From the IMG/VR virus record IMGVR_UViG_3300007722_000019, positions 1 to 54,251 of that record: DNA of 54,251 bases; one strand, given 5' to 3'. Made by a program: the position numbers and the translations under genes. The notes below the pieces were generated by a model that made no database searches, had not been told where the DNA came from, and saw nothing but the letters and a program-made list of their open reading frames with translations. The stretch is from a virus. Its lineage: Duplodnaviria > Caudoviricetes. Within the stretch, counting starts at the first letter, position 1. Each line of letters opens with the position of its first letter. Positions 1-8,608 of this stretch are shown in pieces.

Positions 1-37
1 CCCCCTTGTGTATAGATTACAACTTTAAAACTATTTT

Positions 38-123
38 ATCTTGTGTCGACTGCTGGCAACGGTCATTACCCTTTCAAGGTGACGCCTTAACAGGCTGGGG
101 TTCGAATCCCCCACAGGATACCA
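38..123 (+). tRNA. tRNA-Glu(TTC) with unusually long variable arm
   Basis: ATCTTGT/ACAGGAT acceptor, TTACC-CTTTCAA-GGTGA anticodon arm, TTCGAAT T-loop, CCA. Confidence 0.8.
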
Positions 124-163
124 TAGTATTTTGTATAAATACTCCATTATAAGGAGTGTTAAT

Positions 164-880
164 ATGGATTTAGTATTAGGCCCCGATGAATTATCAGTGC
201 CGTTTAATTTTACAATCCCGACTCATTTGAAGAACGGAAACGAAGTAAAAAGAGTCGGCTTATATAGTTCGGGAGGTATGGATTCATCCGCGCTAATGTG
301 TCTGATTATGTCGGAATTAAAAGCAACAGGCAGATTAGAAACTGTCCCTGTAACAGCATTTACCATTGTGAAGAATGAAGGGTCTACATATTATTCTCAT
401 CGAATTGTAGATAAGGTATCTGAACATTTCGGTGTACGTATCACACACGTAAATAATTTAGAAAATGACGAAGAAGCTAATGCACAGGGCCGAATCGGAC
501 GCACACCATTGGTGAATACTTATTTGCAAAATAGACAAGATATGATGTTCTATATAGGCATCAACAGAATGGCGCCAGATGACATTCGGCCGTTCGAGCA
601 TACACTAAAATTATTCTATAAAGACGAACAAGTCTTATATAAGGCTCCATTCTTACTTCTACATAAACCGCAGATTACAGATATTTACTATAAATTGGGA
701 TGTGAAGATATTATCCAATATACACATTCATGCACTACACAGGCAATCGGCCCGTGTAATAATTGTTATTCGTGTTCGGAGCGAAAATGGGGGCTTTCTG
801 CATTAGGCAAGGCCGATCCAGGGACAGTTCCCCCAGATATAGACGATATTTCGTACGGTAACACATGGATTAATAATTAA
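164..880 (+). CDS. QueC-like PP-loop ATPase
   Basis: SGGMDS PP-loop; C-terminal THSC...CNNCYSC.ER Zn motif; AAGGAG RBS before ATG 164. Confidence 0.7.
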   Translation: MDLVLGPDELSVPFNFTIPTHLKNGNEVKRVGLYSSGGMDSSALMCLIMSELKATGRLETVPVTAFTIVKNEGSTYYSHRIVDKVSEHFGVRITHVNNLENDEEANAQGRIGRTPLVNTYLQNRQDMMFYIGINRMAPDDIRPFEHTLKLFYKDEQVLYKAPFLLLHKPQITDIYYKLGCEDIIQYTHSCTTQAIGPCNNCYSCSERKWGLSALGKADPGTVPPDIDDISYGNTWINN

Positions 881-915
881 AGATTTTAGGAAGTTAGATA
901 TTATTTAGACAAAAT

Positions 916-993
916 TGGTCGTGAGCGAGCAAGGTGTTTGCGTTCCGCTGTTAACGGAAATTAGGCGAGGTTCGATTCCTCGACGACCAGCCA
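916..993 (+). tRNA. tRNA-Asn(GTT)
   Basis: TGGTCGT/ACGACCA, TTCCG-CTGTTAA-CGGAA, CCA. Confidence 0.9.
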
Positions 994-999
994 AACAAT

Positions 1000-1097
1000 G
1001 ATGAAAAAGTCCAGTCGGTTGCTGGTACGAATCAATAAGAACTGTTCTTGGCGATCCAGGAGTAGTCCGATGCAGTTCGATTCTGCATTTCATCTCA
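1000..1097 (+). ncRNA. tRNA-like RNA with non-canonical anticodon arm
   Basis: GATGAAA/TTTCATC stem, CCAG/CTGG D-like arm, TGCAG-TTCGATT-CTGCA T arm, no 7-nt anticodon loop. Confidence 0.5.
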
Positions 1098-1184
1098 ATC
1101 ATGGTTCGAAACCTAGTCGTGGAGCCCTTGAGTTCGAGCATAAGTATCAAACTATGATAAATAACACATAAGAATAACAGGGTA

Positions 1185-1838
1185 ATGTCACTTATGTTTT
1201 ATTTAATTTATAAAATAACAAATAAATTTTCTGGTAAATTTTATATTGGTACCCATAAAACTAATAATAAAAACGACAGTTATATGGGTTCCGGCAAATA
1301 TTTAAATTATGCTATACAGAAGTATGGTCTAGAAAATTTTACTAAAGATATATTATTTGAATATGATAATTCAGAAGATATGTTTAATAAGGAAGCAGAA
1401 ATTGTAAATGAAGATTTTTTAGCAAGCGAAAATACATATAATCTTAAAAAGGGTGGTAATGGTGGGTTCGGGTATATAAACAACCTTGGTATAAATTTAT
1501 ACGGAAAAAACGGCCATCCTGGTTATGGAGGAAATAATCTTGTCGATGGTGCATATATAAAAGACAAATTTATAAACGAAAATAAATGGAATGACTATCT
1601 TGTAAAATTATCACAAATTCATAAGCAAACATATATAAATGGACGAATACCATCATTCACTAATAGGAATCACACAATAGAATCTAGAAATAAGATGAGT
1701 ATATCTAGTAAAGGAATTGGTTGTGGTAAGGATAACAGCCAATTTGGAACCTGTTGGATTACAGATGGTATAAATAATAAAAAAATAAAAATTAATGATT
1801 TAGATAAATGGCCAAATTGGAAACGCGGTCGCAATTAA
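1185..1838 (+). CDS. GIY-YIG homing endonuclease (Seg-like)
   Basis: YLIYKITN...FYIG...YMGSG; YNLKKGG; NSQFGTCWITDG C-terminal repeat. Confidence 0.85.
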   Translation: MSLMFYLIYKITNKFSGKFYIGTHKTNNKNDSYMGSGKYLNYAIQKYGLENFTKDILFEYDNSEDMFNKEAEIVNEDFLASENTYNLKKGGNGGFGYINNLGINLYGKNGHPGYGGNNLVDGAYIKDKFINENKWNDYLVKLSQIHKQTYINGRIPSFTNRNHTIESRNKMSISSKGIGCGKDNSQFGTCWITDGINNKKIKINDLDKWPNWKRGRN

Positions 1839-1845
1839 ACAATAT

Positions 1846-1919
1846 GTATCAGTAGTGTAATGGCAGCACGACAGTCTCCAAAACTGTTTGTGAGGGTTCG
1901 AGTCCTTCCTGGTACGCCA
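1846..1919 (+). tRNA. tRNA-Trp(CCA)
   Basis: cloverleaf, ACAGT-CTCCAAA-ACTGT, CCA. Confidence 0.92.
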
Positions 1920-1926
1920 AATTTAT

Positions 1927-2002
1927 CCGACCTTGGTGAAGGTGGTCCTCACGCTTGTCTGAAGAACAAGAGAACTCCGTTCGAAACGGGGAGGTCGGGC
2001 CA
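1927..2002 (+). tRNA. tRNA-Phe(GAA)
   Basis: CTTGT-CTGAAGA-ACAAG, T arm, CCA. Confidence 0.88.
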
Positions 2003-2029
2003 AACGTTGCATGTGGCCACATGCGAACA

Positions 2030-2071
2030 GAAGTATATAGCTACCCTCTGAAGGTAAGAGTCACTACTTCG
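2030..2071 (+). ncRNA. possible divergent small member of the stem-CAGC RNA family with Gln(CTG)-like anticodon hairpin
   Basis: GAAGTA/TACTTC stem, TATAGC, TACC-CTCTGAA-GGTA. Confidence 0.3.
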
Positions 2072-2145
2072 AAATTTATTTACGAATATCGATAGAAAGC
2101 ATCGATCAGGACATAGTTGTGACGCTCACTGTCCGAAATTATTTT

Positions 2146-2222
2146 GCCTCCGTACGCCAATTGGTAGTGCGGCCTGTTTCAGAAACATGTGATTGGGGGT
2201 TCGAATCCGCCCGGAGGTACCA
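2146..2222 (+). tRNA. tRNA with Leu anticodon (CAG), short variable loop
   Basis: GCCTCCG/CGGAGGT, loop TTCAGAA, CCA. Confidence 0.8.
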
Positions 2223-2256
2223 AAATTAAATAGTTGTTAACTATTTTTTATTTTAT

Positions 2257-2333
2257 GCGGCCCTTAGTGTAATGGTAAGCACTTAATTCTGTGAAAATTA
2301 GAGACACGGTTCGAATCCGTAGGAGTCCGCCCA
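2257..2333 (+). tRNA. tRNA-His(GTG)
   Basis: TAATT-CTGTGAA-AATTA, irregular acceptor stem, C73-CCA. Confidence 0.8.
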
Positions 2334-2380
2334 ATCATTTTTGTTTAACAGAGATCGTTAAATAATCTCAACCCAAGTAT

Positions 2381-2514
2381 GATTCTTTAGCTCAGATGTT
2401 AGAGCACTGTCGCAACCGCTCATTGTTGATGTCAGACGTTTGATCAAGCGTCACCGCTCCACAATGATGTATAGGCTTCAGGGGTCGCAGCATTAACAAG
2501 CTGCATGAGTCACC
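2381..2514 (+). ncRNA. tRNA-like RNA with long hairpin replacing the anticodon arm
   Basis: canonical D arm GCTCAGATGTTAGAGC; TCATTGT/ACAATGA and GACGTTTG/CAAGCGTC nested stems; GCAGC/GCTGC T-like arm. Confidence 0.5.
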
Positions 2515-2521
2515 GATTTAT

Positions 2522-2596
2522 GTATCGTTGTCCGAGCGATTTAGGTAGCAGTCTGCAAAACTGTTTAGAGTGGTTTGACTCCACTACGATACTCCA
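2522..2596 (+). tRNA. tRNA-Cys(GCA)
   Basis: GTATCGT/ACGATAC, loop CTGCAAA, U73-CCA. Confidence 0.9.
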
Positions 2597-2601
2597 CATA
2601 T

Positions 2602-2678
2602 GCCCCTGTACGCTAATCGGTAGTGCGGGTTGATTCAAAATCAGCTGGTTGTAGGTTCGAATCCAACCAGGGGTACCA
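2602..2678 (+). tRNA. tRNA with Leu anticodon (CAA), short variable loop
   Basis: GCCCCTG/CAGGGGT, GTTGA-TTCAAAA-TCAGC, CCA. Confidence 0.82.
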
Positions 2679-2801
2679 AAATTTGATTTATAGACACAGT
2701 GGGACTCAGTGTATAGATACCCGATCAGCGGTCTCCTGCAACGCGGTGGGTGGCAAATCTATTTTAGCTTTCTAAATCAGATAATTATTGATAAATAGTG
2801 A

Positions 2802-3776
2802 ATGCGTTTAATTGAACTATTTGTAACAGAAAAGATAAGTCTCACCAATTTAAAGAATCCTTTAAAACGTGAGATTGAAGAAACAATACTGTATTGTCTA
2901 CATCAAATCTATTACCGTGAATCCAAACTGGACCCAAAGATAAAAGCTCATGCAGATAAAAATTCGACCTTAAAACAGGTAAATGCGTTTATTAAACCTT
3001 TGTTAGATAAACAATTAACACTTGTAGTTGCAGCAGCATTAACAGAATTACTTAAAGGTATTACTGAAGTAGATGTGGCAGTTAAATTTGCCGATATAAC
3101 TGCTTCTGGTCATGCATCCGGAAGAACAATCGTACTAAACACAAAATATACAGATGATATTTGTAAAGTCACAATGGGATCATTGTACGATGTGGCATTA
3201 GACAGTGTAGAAAATGAGAATGATCTTGTTTCGGTGTTATTTCTTACATATAAAAAAGCCGATATGTATATGTTTGCAAGATCGAACCTTAATACTATTA
3301 TAGACAATCTGATTAGTGTTATTATACATGAAATGGTGCATGTTGTGCAGCACGACAAACAATATAAAGCAGGAAGATCGACAACCGAATACAGAAGTTA
3401 TCTGGATAAAGGTAAAGATAAAACTAAATTTTATAATTCTCTACGTAAATTATCGGCAGGGGATCATACAGCCGCAGATTACAAATTATATCGAGGAAGT
3501 CCTCAAGAGATTGCAGCATTTGCCCAAGAGGCAGCATTGAAATTTATTAATGATATAGATATGGACAACTTGGCAGACATTAATGATCTCAGGAAAGATT
3601 TACCTAACGAAATGAGAATGTATATAGAATCATTATTTAATAATCCAACCAATCAGACCGAACATAAAGTATTCAAGAGATTTCATAAATTAATGTATCA
3701 AGAAGTTGATCGTTACATGGATGCAATCGAGAAAAAACGAAAAAGAGAGGCTAGATCTAATAAGCCTAAGAATTAA
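2802..3776 (+). CDS. hypothetical protein with HExxH zincin-like motif
   Basis: IIHEMVHVVQ...QEIAAFAQE; GATAAATA upstream. Confidence 0.6.
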   Translation: MRLIELFVTEKISLTNLKNPLKREIEETILYCLHQIYYRESKLDPKIKAHADKNSTLKQVNAFIKPLLDKQLTLVVAAALTELLKGITEVDVAVKFADITASGHASGRTIVLNTKYTDDICKVTMGSLYDVALDSVENENDLVSVLFLTYKKADMYMFARSNLNTIIDNLISVIIHEMVHVVQHDKQYKAGRSTTEYRSYLDKGKDKTKFYNSLRKLSAGDHTAADYKLYRGSPQEIAAFAQEAALKFINDIDMDNLADINDLRKDLPNEMRMYIESLFNNPTNQTEHKVFKRFHKLMYQEVDRYMDAIEKKRKREARSNKPKN

Positions 3777-3777
3777 T

Positions 3778-3855
3778 GCCCGGAGAGTGCAGCTGGTGAA
3801 GCCATCCTCCTTACAAGTGGACAAATGTAGAGTTCGATTCTCTATCCGGGTACCA
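3778..3855 (+). tRNA. tRNA-Val(TAC)
   Basis: GCCCGGA/TCCGGGT, loop CTTACAA, CCA. Confidence 0.85.
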
Positions 3856-3961
3856 ACATAATCGGAATATTGATAGTTCCTGTCTTAAATGAAAATATCT
3901 GTACCAGGTGTAGGTCTATCGCCTCTTCATATAAGGTAACTCCTTATCGATTATATTTAAT

Positions 3962-3998
3962 GGAAGTGCTATCGTCTAGGAGCGCGACACAGTTTTGA
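3962..3998 (+). pseudogene. 5' half of a tRNA-Ser(TGA) broken at the anticodon
   Basis: GGAAGTG...CACAGTTTTGA ends immediately before the nuclease promoter; intact Ser(TGA) follows the nuclease. Confidence 0.45.
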
Positions 3999-4026
3999 TT
4001 ATGATAAATATGTACGGGAGACCGTT

Positions 4027-4584
4027 ATGTTTATATGTATATATTGTGAAAGAGAATTTAACAAAAAAGAAGGTAATACACTGCACACTAAGTATTGCAA
4101 ATTAAATCCACATTCTATTAAAAGAATTACAGGCGGATCCTTTAGACCAGGTCATTCAGGAAAAGCATCGACCCCGGAGAAAGAAAAGATAAGATCTGAC
4201 AAATTATCAATAATAGCAAAGAAAAATAAATTGGGCGGCTATGTGCATGGTTCTGGCAGAGGTAAGAATGGATGGTATAAAGGATTTTTTTGTGATAGTA
4301 GTTGGGAATTGGCTTATGTAATATATTGTCTGGAACACAATGTATCTATTACACGAAATACTGTTCGACGCCAATATTATTGGGATGGTAAAATTAGAGA
4401 TTATATTCCTGATTTTGTTGTGTCTGGTACCGTAATCGAGATAAAAGGATACAAAACTTCCCAGTGGTTAGCAAAAATGGAAGCTAATCCTGACATTGAG
4501 GTATTGTATGAGAAAGATTTACAACCGATACTTAAGTATGTCAAACTTAAATACGGTAAGAATTTTATAGACTTATATGAATAA
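4027..4584 (+). CDS. PD-(D/E)XK nuclease (TnsA-N-like, probable homing endonuclease)
   Basis: DSSWE...YIPDF...IEIKG; N-terminal CxxC/HxxxC. Confidence 0.75.
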   Translation: MFICIYCEREFNKKEGNTLHTKYCKLNPHSIKRITGGSFRPGHSGKASTPEKEKIRSDKLSIIAKKNKLGGYVHGSGRGKNGWYKGFFCDSSWELAYVIYCLEHNVSITRNTVRRQYYWDGKIRDYIPDFVVSGTVIEIKGYKTSQWLAKMEANPDIEVLYEKDLQPILKYVKLKYGKNFIDLYE

Positions 4585-4585
4585 T

Positions 4586-4672
4586 GGAGATTAGGGACGC
4601 TGGGCGTTAAATGGCTTTGAATACCATCCCACTTAGTGATAGGTGATAGTTCGATTCTATTATTCTCCGCCA
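4586..4672 (+). tRNA. tRNA-Ser(TGA)
   Basis: loop TTTGAAT, long variable arm, G73-CCA. Confidence 0.85.
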
Positions 4673-4750
4673 AATTTCTTTTATAAATTCTACTAGTATA
4701 ATACTTCCGCCATTTGACAAAGGAGTGATAAGTAGTTACAATGTATTTAC

Positions 4751-4844
4751 GGGCCGTAGAAGGTGTAAAAGGGTAACACACAAGTCACTGTTATATATTT
4801 GCTGGCTTATGTCAGTTGTGGTTCGAATCCGCCACGGTCCACCA
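4751..4844 (+). ncRNA. tRNA-like RNA with enlarged anticodon loop
   Basis: GGGCCGT/ACGGTCC-A-CCA, TTCGAAT T loop, AAGTCA/TGGCTT stem with ~15-nt loop. Confidence 0.6.
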
Positions 4845-4924
4845 GTTTTAGACTGTGTTAATATCCTGTCCAGTGGACGCATTTCTTCCATCTTTCCTGC
4901 AAGTGGAAAGCAGTTTTTAGTTTC

Positions 4925-4999
4925 GGTAGCGTAGCATTAAGATAATGCAGCACTTTCATAAGGTGTTCCAAGTGGGTTTGATTCCCGCCGCTCCCACCA
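4925..4999 (+). tRNA. tRNA(CAT), Met or Ile2
   Basis: GCACT-TTCATAA-GGTGT, CCA. Confidence 0.8.
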
Positions 5000-5081
5000 A
5001 GTTTTACATGTGTTATACCGAGGCACTGGAGCCGGCTCACAGATGTTCCGCAGATATGTATCTGCAATGTAAATTCAATTC

Positions 5082-5155
5082 GCGTGCTTAGTTAAATGGT
5101 AGAACCAAACATTGCCGATGTTTAGACAGGAGTTCGATTCTCCTAGCCCGCACCA
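5082..5155 (+). tRNA. tRNA-Gly(GCC)
   Basis: AAACA-TTGCCGA-TGTTT, T arm, CCA. Confidence 0.85.
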
Positions 5156-5191
5156 TCGTTGACTTTTTTAGTATTAGTGTTTACACTGAGC

Positions 5192-5210
5192 TATGTTGCA
5201 CTGCAACATA
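5192..5210. promoter_or_regulatory. perfect palindrome TATGTTGCA-C-TGCAACATA, PhaR-box-like operator
   Basis: 9-bp inverted repeat just downstream of a TTGACT...TACACT promoter. Confidence 0.45.
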
Positions 5211-5246
5211 TTTGCAGATAAATAAGTGTTGATACTAAGGAATAAA

Positions 5247-5414
5247 ATGTTTAAGAATTTATTTGAAAGTTTAAAAGGCCTGTTCTCAGGCAAGTATATA
5301 GACCAGCGTATGGATAAGTTTGTACAGTCGGGTAATCCACAAAGCGAAGAAGATGTAATACGACTACGAAAGGCATACTGGAATAATGCTACAAATAAAA
5401 GAGCAGGATATTGA
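5247..5414 (+). CDS. small hypothetical protein (paralog of next gene)
   Basis: MFK...FVQSGNPQSEEDV; RBS AAGGA. Confidence 0.6.
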   Translation: MFKNLFESLKGLFSGKYIDQRMDKFVQSGNPQSEEDVIRLRKAYWNNATNKRAGY

Positions 5415-5415
5415 T

Positions 5416-5595
5416 ATGTTTAAAGTATTCATGACATCACTGGCAAAATTTTTCAAAGTTCCGTCGGTCCAAGACGATCTCGAAGCATTTATAATTGCAG
5501 GCAATCCACAAAACGTAGGCGATGTCGATCAGCTTGAGAAAGAATTTCAAAGAAAGAAAGCCCATACATGGGTCGGCACACATTTAAATAGATAA
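5416..5595 (+). CDS. small hypothetical protein (paralog of previous gene)
   Basis: MFK...FIIAGNPQNVGDV. Confidence 0.6.
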   Translation: MFKVFMTSLAKFFKVPSVQDDLEAFIIAGNPQNVGDVDQLEKEFQRKKAHTWVGTHLNR

Positions 5596-5596
5596 T

Positions 5597-5669
5597 CTCC
5601 CATCCGTCGGATACGGTGACTGGTCTTCGAAACCGGTTTAGGAAAGTTCGAATCTTTCATGGGGGACCA
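5597..5669 (+). tRNA. tRNA-Arg(TCG)
   Basis: CTGGT-CTTCGAA-ACCGG, CCA. Confidence 0.8.
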
Positions 5670-5689
5670 TATATGATAAATAGTTTACT

Positions 5690-6361
5690 ATGACACACCT
5701 ATCTATACGACATTACATCAACTTGGTAGAATCTGCAGAATTTGCTGCCACAACAGAGGCCGAGGGCGACGCCGAGGGGTTACCGCATCTCACTTCTACA
5801 ATGGCGAAAAATATTTCTGATCAGATCGACACTGAAGGCCCACACGCTATTTCTAAAAGTGTTGAATGGGGTGACGGTGCATCCAGAGAGCTTATTCGAA
5901 AAATACAAAACATGCTAGACGATTATTCAGCTGCTGTAGATGAATCGGCAGCATGGAAAAGAAAAGAAGGTAAAAGTAAATCCGGCGGCCTTAATAGCAA
6001 GGGTGTGGCCAGTTACCGTAAGGAACACCCGGGCAGCAAGTTACAAACAGCAGTAACTACCAAACCCAGCAAACTGGACCCCGACAGCAAAGATGCTAAA
6101 CGGAGAAAAAGTTTTTGTGCTAGAATGGGTGGCATGAAAGGACCGTCGAAAGACGATAACGGCAAGCCCACTCGAAAAGCATTAGCATTAAAGAAGTGGA
6201 ATTGTGAAAGCATTGCTGACCTGGGCATGCTGATTGAATCTGAGATTCAGGAAGCAAAGCAAAGACTAGACCCCAGTTGTTGGAAAGGATACCGAAAGGC
6301 CGGCACCAAAATGAAAAATGGTGTAAAAGTTAACAACTGCGTGCCAACCAACAAAACTTAA
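5690..6361 (+). CDS. T4-like phage protein with basic DUF6321-like domain
   Basis: AWKRKEGK..GGLN.KG...RRKSFCARM...KWNC and CWKGY...VNNCVP segments. Confidence 0.65.
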   Translation: MTHLSIRHYINLVESAEFAATTEAEGDAEGLPHLTSTMAKNISDQIDTEGPHAISKSVEWGDGASRELIRKIQNMLDDYSAAVDESAAWKRKEGKSKSGGLNSKGVASYRKEHPGSKLQTAVTTKPSKLDPDSKDAKRRKSFCARMGGMKGPSKDDNGKPTRKALALKKWNCESIADLGMLIESEIQEAKQRLDPSCWKGYRKAGTKMKNGVKVNNCVPTNKT

Positions 6362-6371
6362 ATACCTTTAT

Positions 6372-6447
6372 ATCTCTATCGTCTAACGGTTTAGGACGCT
6401 ACTCCCTCAAAGTAGAAATTTGGGCTCGACTCCCAACAGAGATTCTA
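6372..6447 (+). tRNA. degenerate tRNA-Glu(CTC)
   Basis: CTACT-CCCTCAA-AGTAG; C33, altered T loop, no CCA. Confidence 0.55.
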
Positions 6448-6453
6448 TTTTAT

Positions 6454-6608
6454 ATCCCGCAATGGCTTTATAGATGAGGTCCAAACTTGTTCTATTAGGG
6501 GTTCGATTCCTCGGGGATGCCAGTTATGTCTTCTCAACATGAGATGTGTAGGTTCGGAGGTAACGTTACCGAACTTGGAGTGCGGTGTAATACCGACGGG
6601 AGACGCCA
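6454..6608 (+). ncRNA. two tandem degenerate tRNA-like units (6454-6522, 6528-6608)
   Basis: each has acceptor-like stem ending GCCA and T-like arm; no canonical anticodon loop. Confidence 0.4.
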
Positions 6609-6615
6609 GTTTTAT

Positions 6616-6690
6616 TGCCTCGTAGCTTAACAGGAAGAGCGGCCGGATTCTGAGTCCGGAGGACGTCGGTTCGAGTCCGACAGGGGTTGC
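6616..6690 (+). tRNA. tRNA-Gln(CTG), weak acceptor stem
   Basis: CCGGA-TTCTGAG-TCCGG, GTCGG-TTCGAGT-CCGAC; paralog of 7499 tRNA; no CCA. Confidence 0.75.
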
Positions 6691-6708
6691 ACAAATGATA
6701 AATAGTTC

Positions 6709-7422
6709 ATGAACTATTTATACCAAATCACCAACCTTATAAACAACAAAATCTATGTAGGTGTTCATAAAACAAATAATATAGATGATGGTTATATGGG
6801 AAGTGGAAAAGTTATAGTATCGGCTATAAAGAAATACGGAATAGAGAATTTCAGAAAAGATATTTTAGAATTCTTTGATACATACGATCTTGTCTTGCAA
6901 AAAGAAACAGAAATAGTTACCGAAGAATTTCTGCAAAGACCCGATGTGTATAATCTCCGTAAAGGAGGTTCCGGCGGATTTGATTATATAAACAAGACAG
7001 GCCTTGCGTCTGTCGGCCGTGTAAAAGGATATAATAATCGAACGAAAGAATCATATGCTAAAATGTCAGAAGGCGGCAAGAAGGGTGCTGCTTCACTTAA
7101 TATTTCAGGTAACAGAACACCCGGTAATGCATCTCGTGCAGATTACGCCAGGTTGCATACGCAAACAAAAGATGCTAAAATTAAAAGAAAGAAGACATTA
7201 GCTGAAATAAATCATCAGCAAGGCACTAAGAATTCCCAGTTTGGAAAGTGCTGGATTACAGATGGTATCGAGAGTAAAAAGATAAAAAAAGAAGAATTAG
7301 AAAAATATGTTTCCGAAGGATGGAGACAAGGAAGAATAATGCACCGTTCGACTTCTGGTGAGGTCACCAGCCTTTCACGCTGGGTAGAGGGGTTCGAAAC
7401 CCCTACGGTGTACCAGTTATGA
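6709..7422 (+). CDS. GIY-YIG homing endonuclease (Seg-like)
   Basis: YLYQITN...IYVG...YMGSG; frame runs through tRNA-Glu. Confidence 0.85.
   Translation: MNYLYQITNLINNKIYVGVHKTNNIDDGYMGSGKVIVSAIKKYGIENFRKDILEFFDTYDLVLQKETEIVTEEFLQRPDVYNLRKGGSGGFDYINKTGLASVGRVKGYNNRTKESYAKMSEGGKKGAASLNISGNRTPGNASRADYARLHTQTKDAKIKRKKTLAEINHQQGTKNSQFGKCWITDGIESKKIKKEELEKYVSEGWRQGRIMHRSTSGEVTSLSRWVEGFETPTVYQL
7341..7415 (+). tRNA. tRNA-Glu(TTC)
   Basis: GCACCGT/ACGGTGT, CCAGC-CTTTCAC-GCTGG, CCA. Confidence 0.92.
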
Positions 7423-7498
7423 CCCTACCCTGGAATGGGAGAAAATGTTACATGAATATGTAACCAAGTAGGTGAGAGCCCAGGGTCGCCTATATTAT

Positions 7499-7575
7499 TG
7501 CGGGGTAGCTTAACAGGAAGAGCGATCTGATTTTGAGTCAGAGATACGTCGGTTCGAGTCCGACACCCGTTGCCA
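7499..7575 (+). tRNA. tRNA-Gln(TTG)
   Basis: TCTGA-TTTTGAG-TCAGA, G73-CCA. Confidence 0.82.
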
Positions 7576-7599
7576 AACCAAGGGAGTGTAAGTTAAAAT

Positions 7600-7767
7600 A
7601 TGTCAGATGATAAACAAACGTATAGCAGAAAAGGCATGTTATGCCTGGCATGCGAAAATGGACATCTTGTAGAAGGTAGTATTTACGACGACTGGAAATC
7701 CATGTTGACATGTGACAACGGCGAATGTAGACTACGGGTTGATTCGCGCGGGGAGAAAGAAGAATAA
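7600..7767 (+). CDS. 55-aa Zn-ribbon protein (not in ORF track)
   Basis: MSDDKQ...CLACENG...TCDNGEC. Confidence 0.55.
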   Translation: MSDDKQTYSRKGMLCLACENGHLVEGSIYDDWKSMLTCDNGECRLRVDSRGEKEE

Positions 7768-7789
7768 GGAAGATTTGCAGAGTGGATAC

Positions 7790-7877
7790 AGAAAGTTAAG
7801 CTAATGGGATTAGCCGCAACCTGCTAAGTTGTTGGCTCGTGAAAACGGGTGCGGGTCGGGACCGCAACTTTCTGCCA
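7790..7877 (+). tRNA. tRNA-Ser(GCT)
   Basis: AGAAAGT/ACTTTCT, GCAAC-CTGCTAA-GTTGT, long variable arm, atypical T loop. Confidence 0.8.
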
Positions 7878-7883
7878 TATAAT

Positions 7884-8246
7884 ATGAAAAACTTTATAAT
7901 AGATGAAAAGTTCCTGACCCAGGAGACTGTCCACAACGAGTGGAGTATGTATGCTGGCAGAACAGATCTTACAGAAGATGAGACGATAAAAGTCCTGAAG
8001 GGCGAGGGAAGGATGACATCTACTTCGTCAATTGATAATCCGGTATTTACTGAGTTGAGAAATCAGCTTGAGGTAGATGGATACATAAAGACAGAACGTA
8101 ACTGGTGGAACGGCGACATGGTGACCAAACCGTTTAGCTTAAACGATTATAAGTTTAAGAAGGGAGCAAGGTTTCCCTGTGCTGGCGCACTTAAGATTAC
8201 TATAGAGGTTGATAGAAAATATAGAAAGAAAAATAAAAAGATTTGA
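7884..8246 (+). CDS. hypothetical protein
   Basis: ORF from MKNFIIDE after tRNA-Ser. Confidence 0.65.
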   Translation: MKNFIIDEKFLTQETVHNEWSMYAGRTDLTEDETIKVLKGEGRMTSTSSIDNPVFTELRNQLEVDGYIKTERNWWNGDMVTKPFSLNDYKFKKGARFPCAGALKITIEVDRKYRKKNKKI

Positions 8247-8530
8247 TTGTAAGTAATGCCCTTAATATTCGCAGGAGTCACCGGCTGTCGGCCGGTCTGC
8301 CGGTCGCTGAAGGTGCTTACAACCAAAACAGAACAAGCCTGACTTGCTGTGCAGCAGGTCATATAATAGAAATATGGTTCGGTAATATTATTAGTAAGCA
8401 TAAAGATAACAAAAACTAACACACCTCAGCACTCCAATATATCAAAGCACATTACCTGTTAAGGTTAATGCCTGGTTACTGATTAGTGTGTTTCGATATG
8501 ATAGACAATACGGGTATAAAATAAACATTC

Positions 8531-8604
8531 GGGCTACAAACTTTAAAGTGAAGTATTAGGCTTTTAACCTAAGAAACGGGGGGCAGTACCCCGGTGGCCT
8601 ACCA
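8531..8604 (+). tRNA. tRNA-Lys(TTT)
   Basis: TTAGG-CTTTTAA-CCTAA, atypical T loop GGCAGTA, CCA. Confidence 0.82.
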
Positions 8605-8608
8605 TAAT

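Noticed and set aside
164-880. Bona fide queC for queuosine/7-deazaguanine synthesis
   Set aside because: Only PP-loop and Zn motifs recognisable; partner genes absent from the window.
905-1150. Short ORFs overlapping tRNAs or antisense to real genes (e.g. 905, 1860, 4401, 9055, 36604, 40233, 49938, 53906)
   Set aside because: Shadow frames of tRNA genes or of better-supported opposite-strand genes.
2146-2222. Opal suppressor reading of TTCAGAA/TTCAAAA loops
   Set aside because: Stem register centres the anticodon on CAG and CAA, not TCA.
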